A stretch of 63,111 bases of DNA, counting the filler, from Basidiobolus ranarum (lineage: Eukaryota), in assembly GCA_040143965.1 (NCBI GenBank). It is 15 parts of 15 records of this genome, joined end to end, with 100 filler letters (N's around TTAATTAATTAA, not from the genome) between each part and the next. Parts side by side here need not be neighbours in the genome. Positions count along the whole stretch, not along the records: positions 33,779 to 37,893 come from JASJQH010008987.1; positions 37,994 to 42,106 come from JASJQH010008988.1; positions 42,207 to 46,312 come from JASJQH010008989.1; positions 46,413 to 50,515 come from JASJQH010008990.1; 11 more parts are not named here. The stretch is one strand, 5' to 3'. The translations under genes and the position numbers were made by a program. Shown here one piece after another: positions 37,691 through 50,515 of the stretch. Position 1 is the stretch's first letter. The number at the start of each line of letters is the position of its first letter. Below the pieces are notes generated by a model. The model was not told the DNA's origin. It worked only from the letters and a program-made list of their open reading frames with translations, and made no database searches.

Positions 37691-37893
37691 TGTCATGATT
37701 CTGTTCTTGGCATACTGATCCATTACAAGGAGAACTCCTCTATTATTAGATTATGGCATCATATCTGCTGTGCCATCTCTTTGTGGCAATCTTGTGTTAG
37801 TTTGTCCAGATTACCTTATATGGAAGTCATGTTCTTTGGACCATTCCATGAAACCTAACCAATCATGTCATCCCACACATAGTGTTTTTCTGC
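37691..37893 (+). mobile_element. Probable LTR terminus shared with 46183-46312
   Basis: Both copies begin abruptly at TGTCATGATTCTG with unrelated upstream flanks and align for about 130 bp. Confidence 0.6.
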
Positions 37894-37993
37894 NNNNNNN
37901 NNNNNNNNNNNNNNNNNNNNNNNNNNNNNNNNNNNNNTTAATTAATTAANNNNNNNNNNNNNNNNNNNNNNNNNNNNNNNNNNNNNNNNNNNN

Positions 37994-38983
37994 TTGAAAT
38001 TAGATTCTGAACAATATCCGGTTTCAAACTATAGTGAACTTAGCTACCGAGGTTATGGTCGATGGGCCCAATGTAGTGTGAATCTTCTACAGTCCATCCA
38101 GTTGTTGTTCAATGTTGCTGTGATCATTTTGGGCAATGGCCTGGGGCTATCCCAGATTTCTGAATATAAAGTTTGCTTTAGTGTTCTGACTCTGATTTGG
38201 GCCATTGCTGGTATTTGCATCGGCCAGATTCGCTCACTCAAAAACTTCGGATGGTTGAATCTCATCGGCCTTGTCGTGATAATGGGTGTCGTTGCTAACA
38301 CTGCCCCTAACTTTAGCGCTGCTCACCAACAGAATGGTGTCCTGGGAACTACTATAGTTACGAAAGTCGTCATTACTGGATCCCTTGATACTCAAATTGT
38401 GGGCATCATGCAAATAGTATACTCTTATGGTGGTGCTATGATGTTTATTGGGTTTATGACTGAGATGAAACGACCCATGGACTTTTGGAAAGCTATGTTA
38501 TATGCACAAATACTTATCTTCTCCTGTTACATGGTCTTTGGTGTTCTATGCATACTAGAGCTGGAAGAGTATTGTGGACCGTATTAGTGTTTGCTTATTG
38601 GGTATCGGCTTACATAATTGCAAGTTCTATCCCTCAATTTAGCAATATCTGGCTTGGTGGCGGCAGTGTATATTCTTCAGTTTTCGTATACATTCCCACC
38701 TATTCTTATGCTTGGATTCCAAATACAGCAAGATGCTATCGAGGGTGATGGGCCATTTAACGTAGCTACTGGGGAAATTCATCGTGTGGATACATGGCGT
38801 GATCTGTCACGCTGGCGCCGTGGTTTATCCAGCCATTGGTACGTCAAGCTATTCAACTTCCTTTTATTTTGCGCCTCTCTTGTGACTGCCAGGCTTGGCA
38901 CTTATTCTAGCGTGGTAGGAATTATTGATAGGTTTGGCCGACAAGGAGCTGCCTCATCATTTGGATGTCGCGCTCCCGTTTAA
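37994..38983 (+). pseudogene. Amino acid permease (AAAP/Mtr-like, Aa_trans), disrupted; 5' truncated
   Basis: Motifs GQIRSL..FGW, YSYGGAM.F..EMKRP.DFWK and LQFSYTFPP are spread over three frames. Frame switches occur at about 38548 and 38648 with no intervening intron sequence. Confidence 0.72.
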
Positions 38984-39539
38984 ATTCGGTTTATTTCATA
39001 TTTCGAGAAACAGAAGGCTTGATTCTGACATCTCGTTATTAATGAAAGTAGGAAAATGAATCTACCATCATGCGAATGAAATTATTTATTAAAGCTTTTG
39101 GCTTATTTATAAGTTAACCAAGTTTCTTCACCTAGAAATCGTGGTATCTTGACTTATAAATTGTTTAATGCTTTGGTAGTTAAGTATTTTGATAGTGGTT
39201 AGTCAACATTCATATATCCCAGAACTTGGTCAATCGGGATACTGCTATTTACAGAACTAAAACAAGGCCGCATCGAGAAATAGCGTGGTTGGAATTGCAG
39301 CATACAAAAATTGGTTTGCAACAAAAGGTTCAGACTCGTGTATTTCTATAATATGATTGCAAAATGTGTGGTATTTTGTTCTTCATTGTTTTGCGAACTC
39401 TAATTCATTTTTGTATATACTGAATGATAATCCTAACTTTGTGTATATCAATTGGAGTTGTAAAAAAATTACTTTATGTTTGTTGTAATATTAACTTCTT
39501 CAGAGTGTATAGTTACTGCTTAGATAAAACATATTCAAA

Positions 39540-40589
39540 TTAGAGGGCAGACTGATCTAACTTAAGTTTTTCTAACAAAGCTTCAATTTGAGGTGCTTTG
39601 ACTTCGGCTTCAGTGGTACTATTGGGATCAAAATAAGGTCTCTCGCCTACCACTGTCACACGCTCACCATATCTGAGGTATGGATAGTAGTCAAAGGTGG
39701 CATTATGTTGGGTACTGCGATTATCCCAAATTGCAACCGAATTAGCGGTCCAAGTCCAACGCACTTGTGCTTCATGTGAACGTTGAAGATGAGCGAAGAG
39801 GAAATCAAGAATAATATCCGACTCTACTGGAGTGAGCCCTTTGATCGCTTTGGTGAAGACCGCATTGACAAATAACCCTTTCTGATTTGTTAATGGATTT
39901 GTGCGAACTAGTGGATGTTCAGTGTGAGTTGGAACCTCTCTTGTTAGCGACTTGCCAGAGAGTTCAGCAAGTTTGATGAAAACACCTCCACTATGAACCG
40001 CTGTGAGCTTTTCGAGAAAAACTTTGAACTCCGGGCTAAGTTTGTCATAGAGAGCGTACGAATTGGACCACAAAGTGTCCCCTCCGGTTCTTGGAACTTG
40101 TTTTAGCTGTAGAATGGAGAATGAGGCTGGACGCTCCTCAAATGAAATGTCAGTGTGCCAAGATCCTTTGCGGTAGAGGTCCTCCACGTATGCTGAGGTT
40201 TTTCCAGCTCCAGATGGAATCACAATCTCAGGATAGGAGTCAGGAGTTGGGATGAATGGATGGATATGGAGCTCACCTAATCGTCGGCCAAAAGCCACCT
40301 CATCTTCTTGACTAAAATTCTGTTCCCGGAAGAATACAACACCACGCTCAGCAGCCAGAGCTAAAAGATCCTCAAGCTGATCATCTGTCAGTTGAGCCAG
40401 CTGTAAGCCTTCAATCTCAGTTCCAATGGATGGAGTTAAGTCTGTACGCTTGGTTGCCGCCTCCAGCAGGTTCTTATATTTAGGGTGAGCATTGAATCCT
40501 TGAATATATTTGAGGTTGCGGTACTCATTAAAAGAATTATTGGAGATATTCTTGCTAGAAGTGGTGTTTTCTTGGCTGGTGACGGTCAT
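39540..40589 (-). CDS. TauD/TfdA-family Fe(II)/2-oxoglutarate sulfonate dioxygenase (JLP1-like), intronless, 349 aa
   Basis: Contains DLTPSIGTE, AERGVVFFR, WHTDISFE, GGDTLW, EHPLVRT and IWDNRSTQH..R. The start is set by alignment with the paralog (MTVTSQE). Confidence 0.93.
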   Translation of the reverse strand: MTVTSQENTTSSKNISNNSFNEYRNLKYIQGFNAHPKYKNLLEAATKRTDLTPSIGTEIEGLQLAQLTDDQLEDLLALAAERGVVFFREQNFSQEDEVAFGRRLGELHIHPFIPTPDSYPEIVIPSGAGKTSAYVEDLYRKGSWHTDISFEERPASFSILQLKQVPRTGGDTLWSNSYALYDKLSPEFKVFLEKLTAVHSGGVFIKLAELSGKSLTREVPTHTEHPLVRTNPLTNQKGLFVNAVFTKAIKGLTPVESDIILDFLFAHLQRSHEAQVRWTWTANSVAIWDNRSTQHNATFDYYPYLRYGERVTVVGERPYFDPNSTTEAEVKAPQIEALLEKLKLDQSAL

Positions 40590-41814
40590 GTTGCTTAAAG
40601 GATTGGTATCAAAACTTGAATGATAATAGGACACTTGACATATCCTTGTATATATACTCGACTGTGGAGTAACACGGGGAGTGTCGCCATTATTTGAAGT
40701 ATTTCCACAATCGCACTCAACTGTCACATCATCGTCTCTGTTACATAGAATTCTATCCAATACGCTCTCCAGATTGAAATAACCGGTTTGCCATGGAAAA
40801 AATCATCGTACTAAGGTGTTATTGACCAAACAGTGTTAAATATGGATGTGGAGCTTGTGATTCACGAATGCTTGAATATGATGGCTTAACTTTATGCCAA
40901 CAGGATATCATAATGCGGTTTGACGACAGTAGATTAGGTGATCGTTGAGAGGAATTAGGAGATCCCTTTAAAAAAATGATTTGTATTCTAGATTGAATGT
41001 CCTTTGGATGATATTCTGCTTGCTAAAGGCTAATAAATACTCCGATAAGGAATATAGTGCTTGTGAAAAATATCCTCTCAGTTTCATTAAATACTAAGAT
41101 AAAAGTCATCCTTGAGAAGAAAGCAATAAAGGGTATTGAATTGATTAGAGAATCTTCTACTAATATTTGGCATTCTTTTGCATATAAAATAGAGAGAAGA
41201 TACAGATGTTCGGTAGAACTGGGCCAAAGTCTTAATTAGATTTCGTTTAAGAGCTTGTACAAACATGTCTGCTCAGAAGATGGCGGTAACTCTATTAATA
41301 ATATAATCAGGTACACTCGTTAATCACCAGGTAAATATTGAATAAAAGTATTGGCACACATCCTGTAACTTATCATCCCGTAAAAGATGGCAACGAGGAC
41401 CAAGTATACGAGATAGAAGTATTCTAATCAACTTGGATCCTAATCCAGTTTTCAAAAGTTTTAAATCAGGTCGACGTGAAAGTTCGAGTTCAATTCTTAA
41501 TCAGGTCTAAAATCGTTAACTTACATGATGCCAGTACGTATAAACTGCAGCAAGATATAAGGTTAATGGAATATATCCAAGTAGCATGAGTGATCTTAGT
41601 GATTTAGATAATTCTGACGCAAAAGGGATCACCAACGTAGATGCCGATGGTAGGATCGGGCATTGACTTGGATTTAACCTGGATTAAAAAATGATGCAAC
41701 CGCTATGGAAAATTGTGAAAACATTGTAAATCATTGCGACACTTGCGAAGCATATATAGAGCCAAGGTAGAAAGAAATCCTCATCATTTCCTTCCATCAG
41801 TATTTCACCGAAGC

Positions 41815-42106
41815 ATGACCATTACAAGCCAAGAACCTATTTCTACCAAGGATAACAGCGCAGTCAAGGCCCTCAATAATTATCGCAACCCTCAGTACAT
41901 TCAAGGCTTCAAAGCACACCCGGAACGTAGAAATCTATTAGAGGCAGCTACTAGACGTACCGATCTAACTCCATCTATTGGGACTGAACTCGAAGGCCTA
42001 CAATTGGCAAAGCTGACTGATGCTCAACTTGAGGATCTCTTAGCTCTGATTGCTGAGCGCGGGGTTGTATTCTTTCGGGATCAAGATTTGGATCGCGATA
42101 ACCAGG
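41815..42106 (+). CDS. Second TauD/JLP1-like paralog, 3' truncated
   Basis: Reads MTITSQE...NLLEAATRRTDLTPSIGTELEGLQLAKLTDAQLEDLLALIAERGVVFFR. Confidence 0.9.
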
Positions 42107-42206
42107 NNNNNNNNNNNNNNNNNNNNNNNNNNNNNNNNNNNNNNNNNNNNTTAATTAATTAANNNNNNNNNNNNNNNNNNNNNNNNNNNNNNNNNNNNNN
42201 NNNNNN

Positions 42207-42680
42207 GAAGAATGCAGAAGGCTAGGATGTGTCACTGCTAACAAGAGGCCCAGAGGAGGGATACTCACAGAGAGGCAAAACTTTATAATGACATTTTTTC
42301 CCATTTAGAGCAAGAGTAGAACATAGCTTTGGTTTCCTAAAGAGATATAGCATTGTAGCAGGAAAGTATAGAGGAAAATCATTTTGTGGGCCGTAATCAA
42401 AGTTAGGCAAAGTAGTCAAAATCTTGATTAATTCTCAATATATTCATACTCAAAGATATCCATTCAGAGCTCTAGACTTAAGACACTATCAATAAAGCTT
42501 TCATCATCTTTTGAATGTCCAATAATGTCTAAAAGTACTTCTCTTAAATATACTACATAAGTAAAATAAATGGTTTCCAAAATGGTCACTAACATTGGGC
42601 CAGATAGTGCCCAATCATGCCACTTTGTGCAGGCACACTTTTTAGTTGGCCTGATCTGGCTCAATAAAATGGAACAAGTC
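42207..42680 (+). mobile_element. PIF/Harbinger transposase C-terminus and 3' end
   Basis: Reads KRPRGGILTERQNFYNDIFSPFRARVEHSFGFLKRYSI. The terminus is followed by TAA. Confidence 0.85.
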
Positions 42681-42683
42681 TAA

Positions 42684-43105
42684 AGAAGATTAGGCCATAT
42701 TGATGAACAAAAAGTGACCCAAAGATCTGAGACTAACTTGTTTCAGGGTTACAAATTAATGATATCCAAATTGGATTGGTGAGAAGGGTGCTTACATAAA
42801 AACATCTTAGATGGCCACTTCTAAGCTCTGGAGATCTCCAATGCACACAAAATCATGGCCTAATTTTACACTGATATAAGTGGGCCTGTCAAATTGTTCC
42901 ACAATTTGGCAACAGGGACTTTATGAGCTCAGTTGATGACATGACAAGATATACTACGGTTTTCCGTCTGAAATCAAATTCTGAAGGCTGATGTATCCTC
43001 AGCACTGCAAAGCAAGGTAAGGAAAGAATCATGGTCAAAAATATGGGTACTGAAAAGCAATAATGGTGAGAAATACTGCTCTAAGAGCTTTGCTGATGTT
43101 TGTTC
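42684..43105 (+). mobile_element. Highly decayed Copia integrase fragment
   Basis: RLGHIDEQK and LKSNNGEKY-like remnants parallel 32835-33257. Confidence 0.6.
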
Positions 43106-43310
43106 TGTTACGACTGGCCAATTATAGCATAATAAGTATAAGTTGAGTTAGGTCACATTTAGTGTTATCAGTATATCAATAATACCAATACAACAGTATT
43201 ATCAGTATTGTCAGTTATCACTTATGTATATATCAATTCATATTAGTTAGCTGCCATAACATGTTCCAGTAGTTAGTCACAGTAGGTCACAAGATCATAT
43301 CCCCTCCCTT
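43106..43310 (+). mobile_element. Partial LTR related to the LTRs at 55937-56484 and 57579-58019
   Basis: Starts TGTTACGA and shares ATCAGTATATC and GGTCACAAGATCAT blocks with the reverse complement of those LTRs. Confidence 0.5.
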
Positions 43311-43339
43311 CTATCAGGTCATATAATCATCTGCAACCT

Positions 43340-46182
43340 AACTAAAATAAAATCAGTTTGATCCAGATCAAATCTACCCTTCTGGAATTTAAAACCATCA
43401 TAGAACCATCACAATGTTGGTGACTTGCATTCTGCCAACAATACTGATGGTGAGATGGTGGCTTCTTGATGGTATTTTGATGTGTTCATATATGTTGATC
43501 CTCATATTTAGCATGGATTATTTAACTACCAGCAATTTTTTGCCAAAATCTAATTGTAGAACCACTAATTAATGTGCTTACTGCTGTAGGAGTTCAAATT
43601 ACCATGCATGCCTTTATTTAGATGTTTTAGGTTTTGTATTCCGCCATAATCAGAGTCAAAAAATACATGAATCTTGTGTTGTTTAGTCTCTACATATGGA
43701 AATACTTGACTGATCAGATATAACTCAACAACAATAATTTGCTTTACCAACAAACTAATGGTGGAAGAATTGCTCAACATCTGAAATTTTGAATATCACC
43801 AACACCTGGTAAAGAGTTGACTCTTGTTACCATTCACAACAAGAATAAGCTCTTTGATTTTGACAAATTTACATAAGCAATTCAGCCTAAATATCCACAA
43901 ATTGCAGTCAACAAATGTGCTGCCACAAGTAGATGTGCCCTTTCTTAAATAGATTACCCCCTGACTAAAACAATAATACTGCATATCTCAAACAATTTCA
44001 CCAAGAAGTCTGTCTTGCAGCTTTCCTAGAAATACTGTCAGATTATCACACAAACAACTTAGTCCCAATTATTGAGGTACTTACTCTGTATCCATAGATT
44101 GGGTTTTGTTGGTGTTATTGTGCTGAAATAATGCCAAAACCAATGATCATATTGAAAAGAGACCTTTGTTACATGGTTAATAAGTGCTGCAGTCTCCTTA
44201 ACCCATCACATTACATCCATAACAGATTTTGTTGATACATTGTTATTCAAACTGGCACATGGTAATACTAATGATTTCACAAATGGCATCATTTCATCAC
44301 AGGTGTGCTCCATTGGAAACTCATAGAATGTAAAGCAAGGTACTATAATCTCTAAGCATTGTGAAAAATGCAGCAAGGTATGTGTTAAATACTGGCATAT
44401 ATTTAGTCTATCTTCTCTAAACCTGTAATAAAGTTTTTCGTATCCAATTACAAAATCTTTGCACAGTTGCTGTGTCTGCCTGAGATTGGCCAATGTGAAT
44501 TGATGCCATAAGACTATATTAACAATACCCACAAACAACTCCCAATGTTGCCAACTCTTTTCAGGCAGAAATCTCTTCAAGATTCCACTTGAATATATAC
44601 AAATCCAATACTCCCGGTCTGTGCTTTTCAATAAGTGCTAAGATGAGTGGATCTTTATCTGCCCCTGGAAAAATATGATGGTATCTTGACAATTTCAAGC
44701 ATTTTCCCAATCAATTCAAACTTTGATCCTATGTTGAATGGCTAATTCATGTTGAATTTGGCACTATATAGCTCAATAGGTAGTATTGGAATGATGTTGA
44801 ATAGTAAGTGCATAGTGCCTAATTGAAAGCTCTGGCTTCAGCTGATCCCCTGTAGCAATTAAATCTTAGGCTTGTGTCTAACACTGTGTTTGATGTCAGA
44901 CTGACTATTTGTTGGATTGACATTGGTGAGCATGATGAAATCTGGCTGGGTTCTTGACAGAAAATCATGGAGCTTAGTTTTATATATGGATAGTACTAAT
45001 GCATATGCCTGATAGAGTAGACTCCATTTTTTTGACAAAATCTATAGCAAGAGAGTGCATTGTGCACACAAAAACCTCCAAGTTTACTGATGGCAGGAGT
45101 GTCACCAATACATACAATGATACTAGCTCTAATAAAATATCATCCATCTGAACCCCATTAAATAACCATTCAAATTGTGCAATCAAAGGATTGAAGAAGC
45201 CATCTATCAGCACTGGTGATTAAGGTCCAGAAATGATTTATGGTATCAAAGTATTATGATTGTTACACCATTTGTAAGCAGGAAGATTTAAGTTAATTAA
45301 AATTATTAGCCAGCAAGCCTTTAAAGCTGTATATTTGATTAGTAGAATCCATCTAGTGGCAATTCAAATGCATAATCATATGTGTTCTTAAAGAAACTTG
45401 ACTTTTCAGATTCTGGCAGTGATATCCATCAGGTTTATAGGTAATAACAGCAGCTTTATGATGAGTACTTTGATATTGGATCAATGAACTACATTTAGGT
45501 GATTTCATCAAACCTTCAAATGGGAAAAATGATATATAAGCCAAATATGAACAACACTTCCATGATTCAGTGAATGCCAATTGTGTGCAAACAGTACATG
45601 ACTTTAGGTTTTTCAGATCACTGGTGAAAGCCACACCACCATTTGGACACAAAGGTAGTTCAATTACTGAAGGATTTTAAGTCATATGATTGACAAGTGT
45701 TTTCCACTTGTATCAGGTCTGTGGCAAGCAATAGTTGCCAATCAACTGCGGTGAATATGTAAGAAAACCAATAAACATGTGATTGCTAAGATTAAATTGA
45801 ACTCTCCATTCCTCAATAATCCAAGCTGGTTCCCCTACTGTAAGTTTATGAGTGGACTAATGCTTGCCAATAGCAAAGAGTCTGTAACAAAACCATTGTC
45901 TTGTTCTTCAACTTCTGAAATAACACCTTCACTACTTGAATAAGCCAGGTCAATATCTAGCAGCTTGTCATCAAAGTTGTCTGGACCTTCCTGCTTGATC
46001 AAAGTTGAGTTTCTACCTACAGGATTTGTTTAATATTACTGTGGTAACTTCATGGTATCTTGACCTTTGGCAGTGTTACCATTACTTTGAGGCAAAGCAC
46101 AGCCAGTGGACTCAGTAGGCAAAACTAAAGTCAATTTTGTGCACTTATTAGGGTTGATATTCACCAGGCTTTGTGCAGCTGG
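43340..46182 (-). mobile_element. CACTA/EnSpm-like transposase pseudogene, the most complete transposase copy
   Basis: Contains CPNG..FT..CTVC and KST-REYW..Y...LP..W.HW.LFV...YEKLYY...RL..C...H.LLH...FPME.C...VKS...P.A.L.N, the fungal tnp2-type C-terminal block. Confidence 0.82.
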
Positions 46183-46412
46183 TGTCATGATTCTGCTCTT
46201 GGCATACTAATCCACTGCAAATAGAACTCTTCTATTATTATATTACAACATCATATCTGCTGTGCCATCCCTTCTTGGCAATCTGGTGTCAGTTCATCCA
46301 GATTACCTTATANNNNNNNNNNNNNNNNNNNNNNNNNNNNNNNNNNNNNNNNNNNNTTAATTAATTAANNNNNNNNNNNNNNNNNNNNNNNNNNNNNNNN
46401 NNNNNNNNNNNN

Positions 46413-47235
46413 AAGAAGAGACTCAAGATTTTGGACAGCAATATCAGCTACATTGGAATTTTTACTTTGAAGCTGGGCAGCAATCCATTGAAAGAAGTCT
46501 TTAAGATCAAGCCCAATGCTCTTTTTGGCGGTACTATAAATGAGAATAGCTGTTAATACCTCCAAGGAATAGAGATGTATATGCCGTCATATCTAGACTG
46601 GATACTCACGATAAAAGAGTAGTCAAGATTTTGCTGGATTTTAAAGCGAGGAAATCGTCATCCTTAGCTAAACACCTATGGAGGTAAGTTTGTTCGTAGT
46701 CAATTAATAATATATCATTAAATATAAGAGTTAGGTTTGTGAATCCTTACTTCAACAATGGAGAATAAGGAAATTTGGGGTTCTTGGTGGACGTTTGGTG
46801 AAAGAAAGACACGTTGGCTTCTTTACTCTCAAGGACATCATCGATGATGACCAGGAGATGTTGAAGAAGATCGATACGGGTAATCTTGTCAGTAAGATTT
46901 ACCAAAACCCGAGCCAAAGCAGCACCTTCCTCCTTTTTTGTATACAAATTCAGGACTCAGGTTCTGAAGAAAGCAATTTGAAAGCATCATTTACCTGAGA
47001 GATTTCTTGATATTTTTGGTCAGGTTTATCATAAGTATTCAAAAGACGTAACTCTTCCTCGTCAATGAGACCGGCGCCACGACAGTCCTATATGTAGAGT
47101 GTGAGAAAGGAAAAGAGGCTCATAGTATATGCATGGATGAAATACCTCCCAAGACACTGGCTTTTGACGAGCAACGGTGGTTAACTCGTCTAGATGGGCA
47201 TTTAAAACAAGAGAGGTAGGAAATGTTTCAGTCAT
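46413..47235 (-). CDS. VMA13: V-ATPase V1 subunit H, multi-exon, 3' truncated
   Basis: Contains NAHLDE..ARQKPVSWEG..GAGLIDEEE, RIDLLQHLLVIIDD, DDDFLALKSSKIL and DIAVQNLESLL. Confidence 0.87.
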
Positions 47236-47944
47236 ATTTAGCAAACTAAGAGTGGATTAGGATTAGAAGAAAAGTGGAGTGTAAACAGAACAATAAGCAG
47301 AGATAATTATGTACCAGCGAGGACCTCAACCTGTCAATACCTAGTTGAGACTGGGTAAAATTGGCCCCAGTTGATTTAAGCTCATAAAGTCTGGAACTAA
47401 AACTAATGCTCCTCGGATTTTATTCAACATCACCTATTTTGGAATCGAATCTCACCATAATCATTCACACAGACTATGGCAACCAATAGGATACTGTTGA
47501 TTGAAGTTTATTTCGCAGGTTAGTGGTGGCGTTTTAGTATTTATCGAACTTATGCACCACACTACATCCAGACTCTTCAAATCAAGTGCAGAGATTCTCA
47601 GGTATATGGGGTATCTGGGGTGGGGTTGGAAACATTTAAGGGACATCGAAATAGTGGCAAGTAGGACGAATAACCAACCAGTGTATCGAAGACTGGCTTC
47701 TTCAACCGAGTATGCAAGGGAATTAGTCATTCAATTAAAGACGGTTTTTATTTGACAAAACTTCGTGTGTATTGGAGAACGATTCTTATTGAATCCAAAT
47801 GATTGCTACGGAAAATGTGAAGGGAAAAGCAACCGCTAAAGGAGTGTATAACGATGGAAGGATGCAGCTTCAACAGAATGAACAAAAACAGCACCAATGC
47901 GATGCAGATACAAAAAACCCTAAATAAACAACAGAGTAATCAAC

Positions 47945-50515
47945 CTAGCCAGAAGGCTTGCGTCTAGTAGTGTCATAGGCACGAATTAGGCCAGCTTGGC
48001 CAGATTCGGTCTGCGAGAAAGCATACCCACGAGTCAGCTTCATTCTTTGAATGATCCGAACCTTGTTCACTGCTTTCCGGAACCTCTCCATACGCGGACG
48101 ATAATCAGGTATGTTGAACTTCTGGATCTCTTGTACACAGTGGTATGGCTTAGCAAAGTACATACGCTTCATACTATTGACAGGAGATATGGTTAGTCTT
48201 AGAAATAGCCCACCAAAATCATACAGAAAAACTTACAATTTCCAAACATAATCACGCAGAATACAGATGGTAGGAATCAGTAATACGGTAAACCAGAAAA
48301 TTGGGTTTCCATAGAGCACCGGTAAGAGCCCATCGTACTCCTCGGCTATTCCGAGAAGTGGCGCAACTGTTGCGTATATTGGGAAAAATATAAGCCAAAT
48401 AACAAATGAACCAGGGATAGCTAGCCATGTGTATTTAGTCCACAGGCTATTAGAACAGTGATTAATATACATATCCATAGAGATTTTAGATAAAATACAT
48501 ACTCTGTAACAAGCGCTGCTTTGAGTAGCACCGTAACTAGAACAGCAGTATAAAGAGTGGTTCCAAAAACCCATTGACCCCCAATGTCGCCATTCTTAAG
48601 AATAGAATCATTCAGGAAGAATAGCATGGCAAAGAAGTACAAAATCATAGAGTGATAGAAGGCATTGATGGTCCAGCCCCAGAAAGTCTTCACATTAAAC
48701 TACACATCGAGGAAAGGTTAATAATGTTTCAAAACTCCATGGAGTCCATGCTTTACTTACAAACTCTTTGTTCTGTCCGAATTTGTACATTTCTGGATAA
48801 CGGTCAAGCATCCGCGCACTGACAAATTGATCAAATATACCAATCACCATGGGTGGCATCACGGTGAATAAAACATTGTACAAAGTTATGGTCCAAGACT
48901 CATACACAGTCTAAGAAGTCGAGGGAAAGTTAGAACATCAAATCAGAAATGAGAAAGTATCATAAAACATGCCTGGCCAGAGAATCCATTGAAGAGTGTA
49001 AACTAGCAAGAAAGTTAGATACAAACGTCAAATGTGAACATATATAGTTGGCATTACTTACCCAGAACTGGGTCATATATAATGTAATATTCTTGTAGAA
49101 GGAGTATAAAATTAGTTTACTGAGTCGTTGATAACTCCAGGCACCATGTACGAGCAACAGCTTTTTTAGAAACCGAAATTGACTGATTGCAAAGTCCGCA
49201 CTTCGAGCGGCCTGTAAACCTTCCATACCGCTAATACCTATACCGACGTGTGCGGCTTGAATCATACTTACATCGTTAGCTCCGTCTCCAATGGCCAGGA
49301 GGATTGCTTTCAAGTGCTTCTTCACGAGTTTAACTACCAAAGCTTTCTGCAGCGGTGATACACGACAGCATATTACTGCTTTGCACTTGGTAGCCAAATC
49401 AAGAAATTTGACTTCAAAGTCTTTGTCTAATGCGAAAGCCAAGGTTGCCCCGTTGATCACCAGTGCTAATGGCTCACTATCTAATGTACTTTGTTTGGCA
49501 TTTTTGACAGCAGCTAGTCTCTCATTCAACGCTTTCTCAAAACTATCTCGGGACTCTTGTTCAAATATCAACAACCGCATGTCCTCAGTCAACAATTTGC
49601 AACTATAGCCAATGTTAACTGCAGTTTCTTGGCGATCACCAGTTAAAATCCAGATCTTGATTCCGGCCTATAAGTGAGTGGTTAGCGACATTCTCTCGCT
49701 ATAAAATCACACCAGAAACCAACCTGCGCAAGAGTATGGATAGTTGAAGGAACACCATCCTGCAATTTATCCTCAATCGCAGTTGCACCTAGCAAAAACA
49801 AGTCTTTCTCGATCATCTCCGCAGCTTTATCAAGTTCATCTTGTCGATTCACCAAAGTAGTAGCAGCTTTGTCATACACAACTAGCCAAGCTTGATACTC
49901 TTCCTCTGGGATCTCACGCATGGAAATACACAACGTACGTAAGCCTTCAGTGGCATATTCCTATTCATGAAATGTTATGAAACAGTTAGGGTATAGGCGA
50001 ATTTGTGCGGCATAGGATTAAAAACTACCTCCAGATGAGCTAAAGTAGTGTCTACGAATGGATTTTGAGGTGCTAGTCTTTCTAGAATCACCGTATCCGC
50101 ACCTTTACAATACAACTTGATTTTCCCATCAGGGCCACGTACAATAGCGGACATACGCTTCCTGGTACTATTAAATTCGCAAATATTCAATATCTCAAAC
50201 TCTTTATCCTCTCCACAGACATTGACAGTAATGGATTTGGGCCGACGAGTCTATTGTACAAACAAGTAAGATCTTAAGGACAACAAAGATAGACAAAATA
50301 TTCATCGAAATACCGTGAAAACATAGTGCAGAATAGATGCACCTTTAACCAATGCTCCTTCATCTGGTGACGCAGCTTGGTATGTAATATCTAAGATTGA
50401 CCGGTTTTAGCAAGAAACCTAAGCACAACAATCTCAACTGTTCAGATTACCCTCAGAATCATCCTCATTGCGTTCAGGAATTACAGTATGACAAGTAGCT
50501 AGCAAAGTCAAGAAC
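47945..50515 (-). CDS. DRS2: P4-ATPase phospholipid flippase (Drs2/ATP8A-like), multi-exon, 5' truncated
   Basis: Contains [67 protein letters not shown] and the C-terminal GYAFSQ regulatory motif. Confidence 0.95.

Noticed and set aside
39540..40589. Bacterial contamination or recent horizontal transfer of tauD
   Set aside because: The JLP1-like N-terminal extension and host-like composition fit a fungal gene. Lack of introns alone is insufficient without a phylogeny.
40590..40760. N-terminal extensions of the ORF calls for TauD (also 41734-41814, serpin 51542-51580 and 19513-19557)
   Set aside because: They start at non-ATG codons. Downstream ATGs fit paralog alignment or promoter context better.
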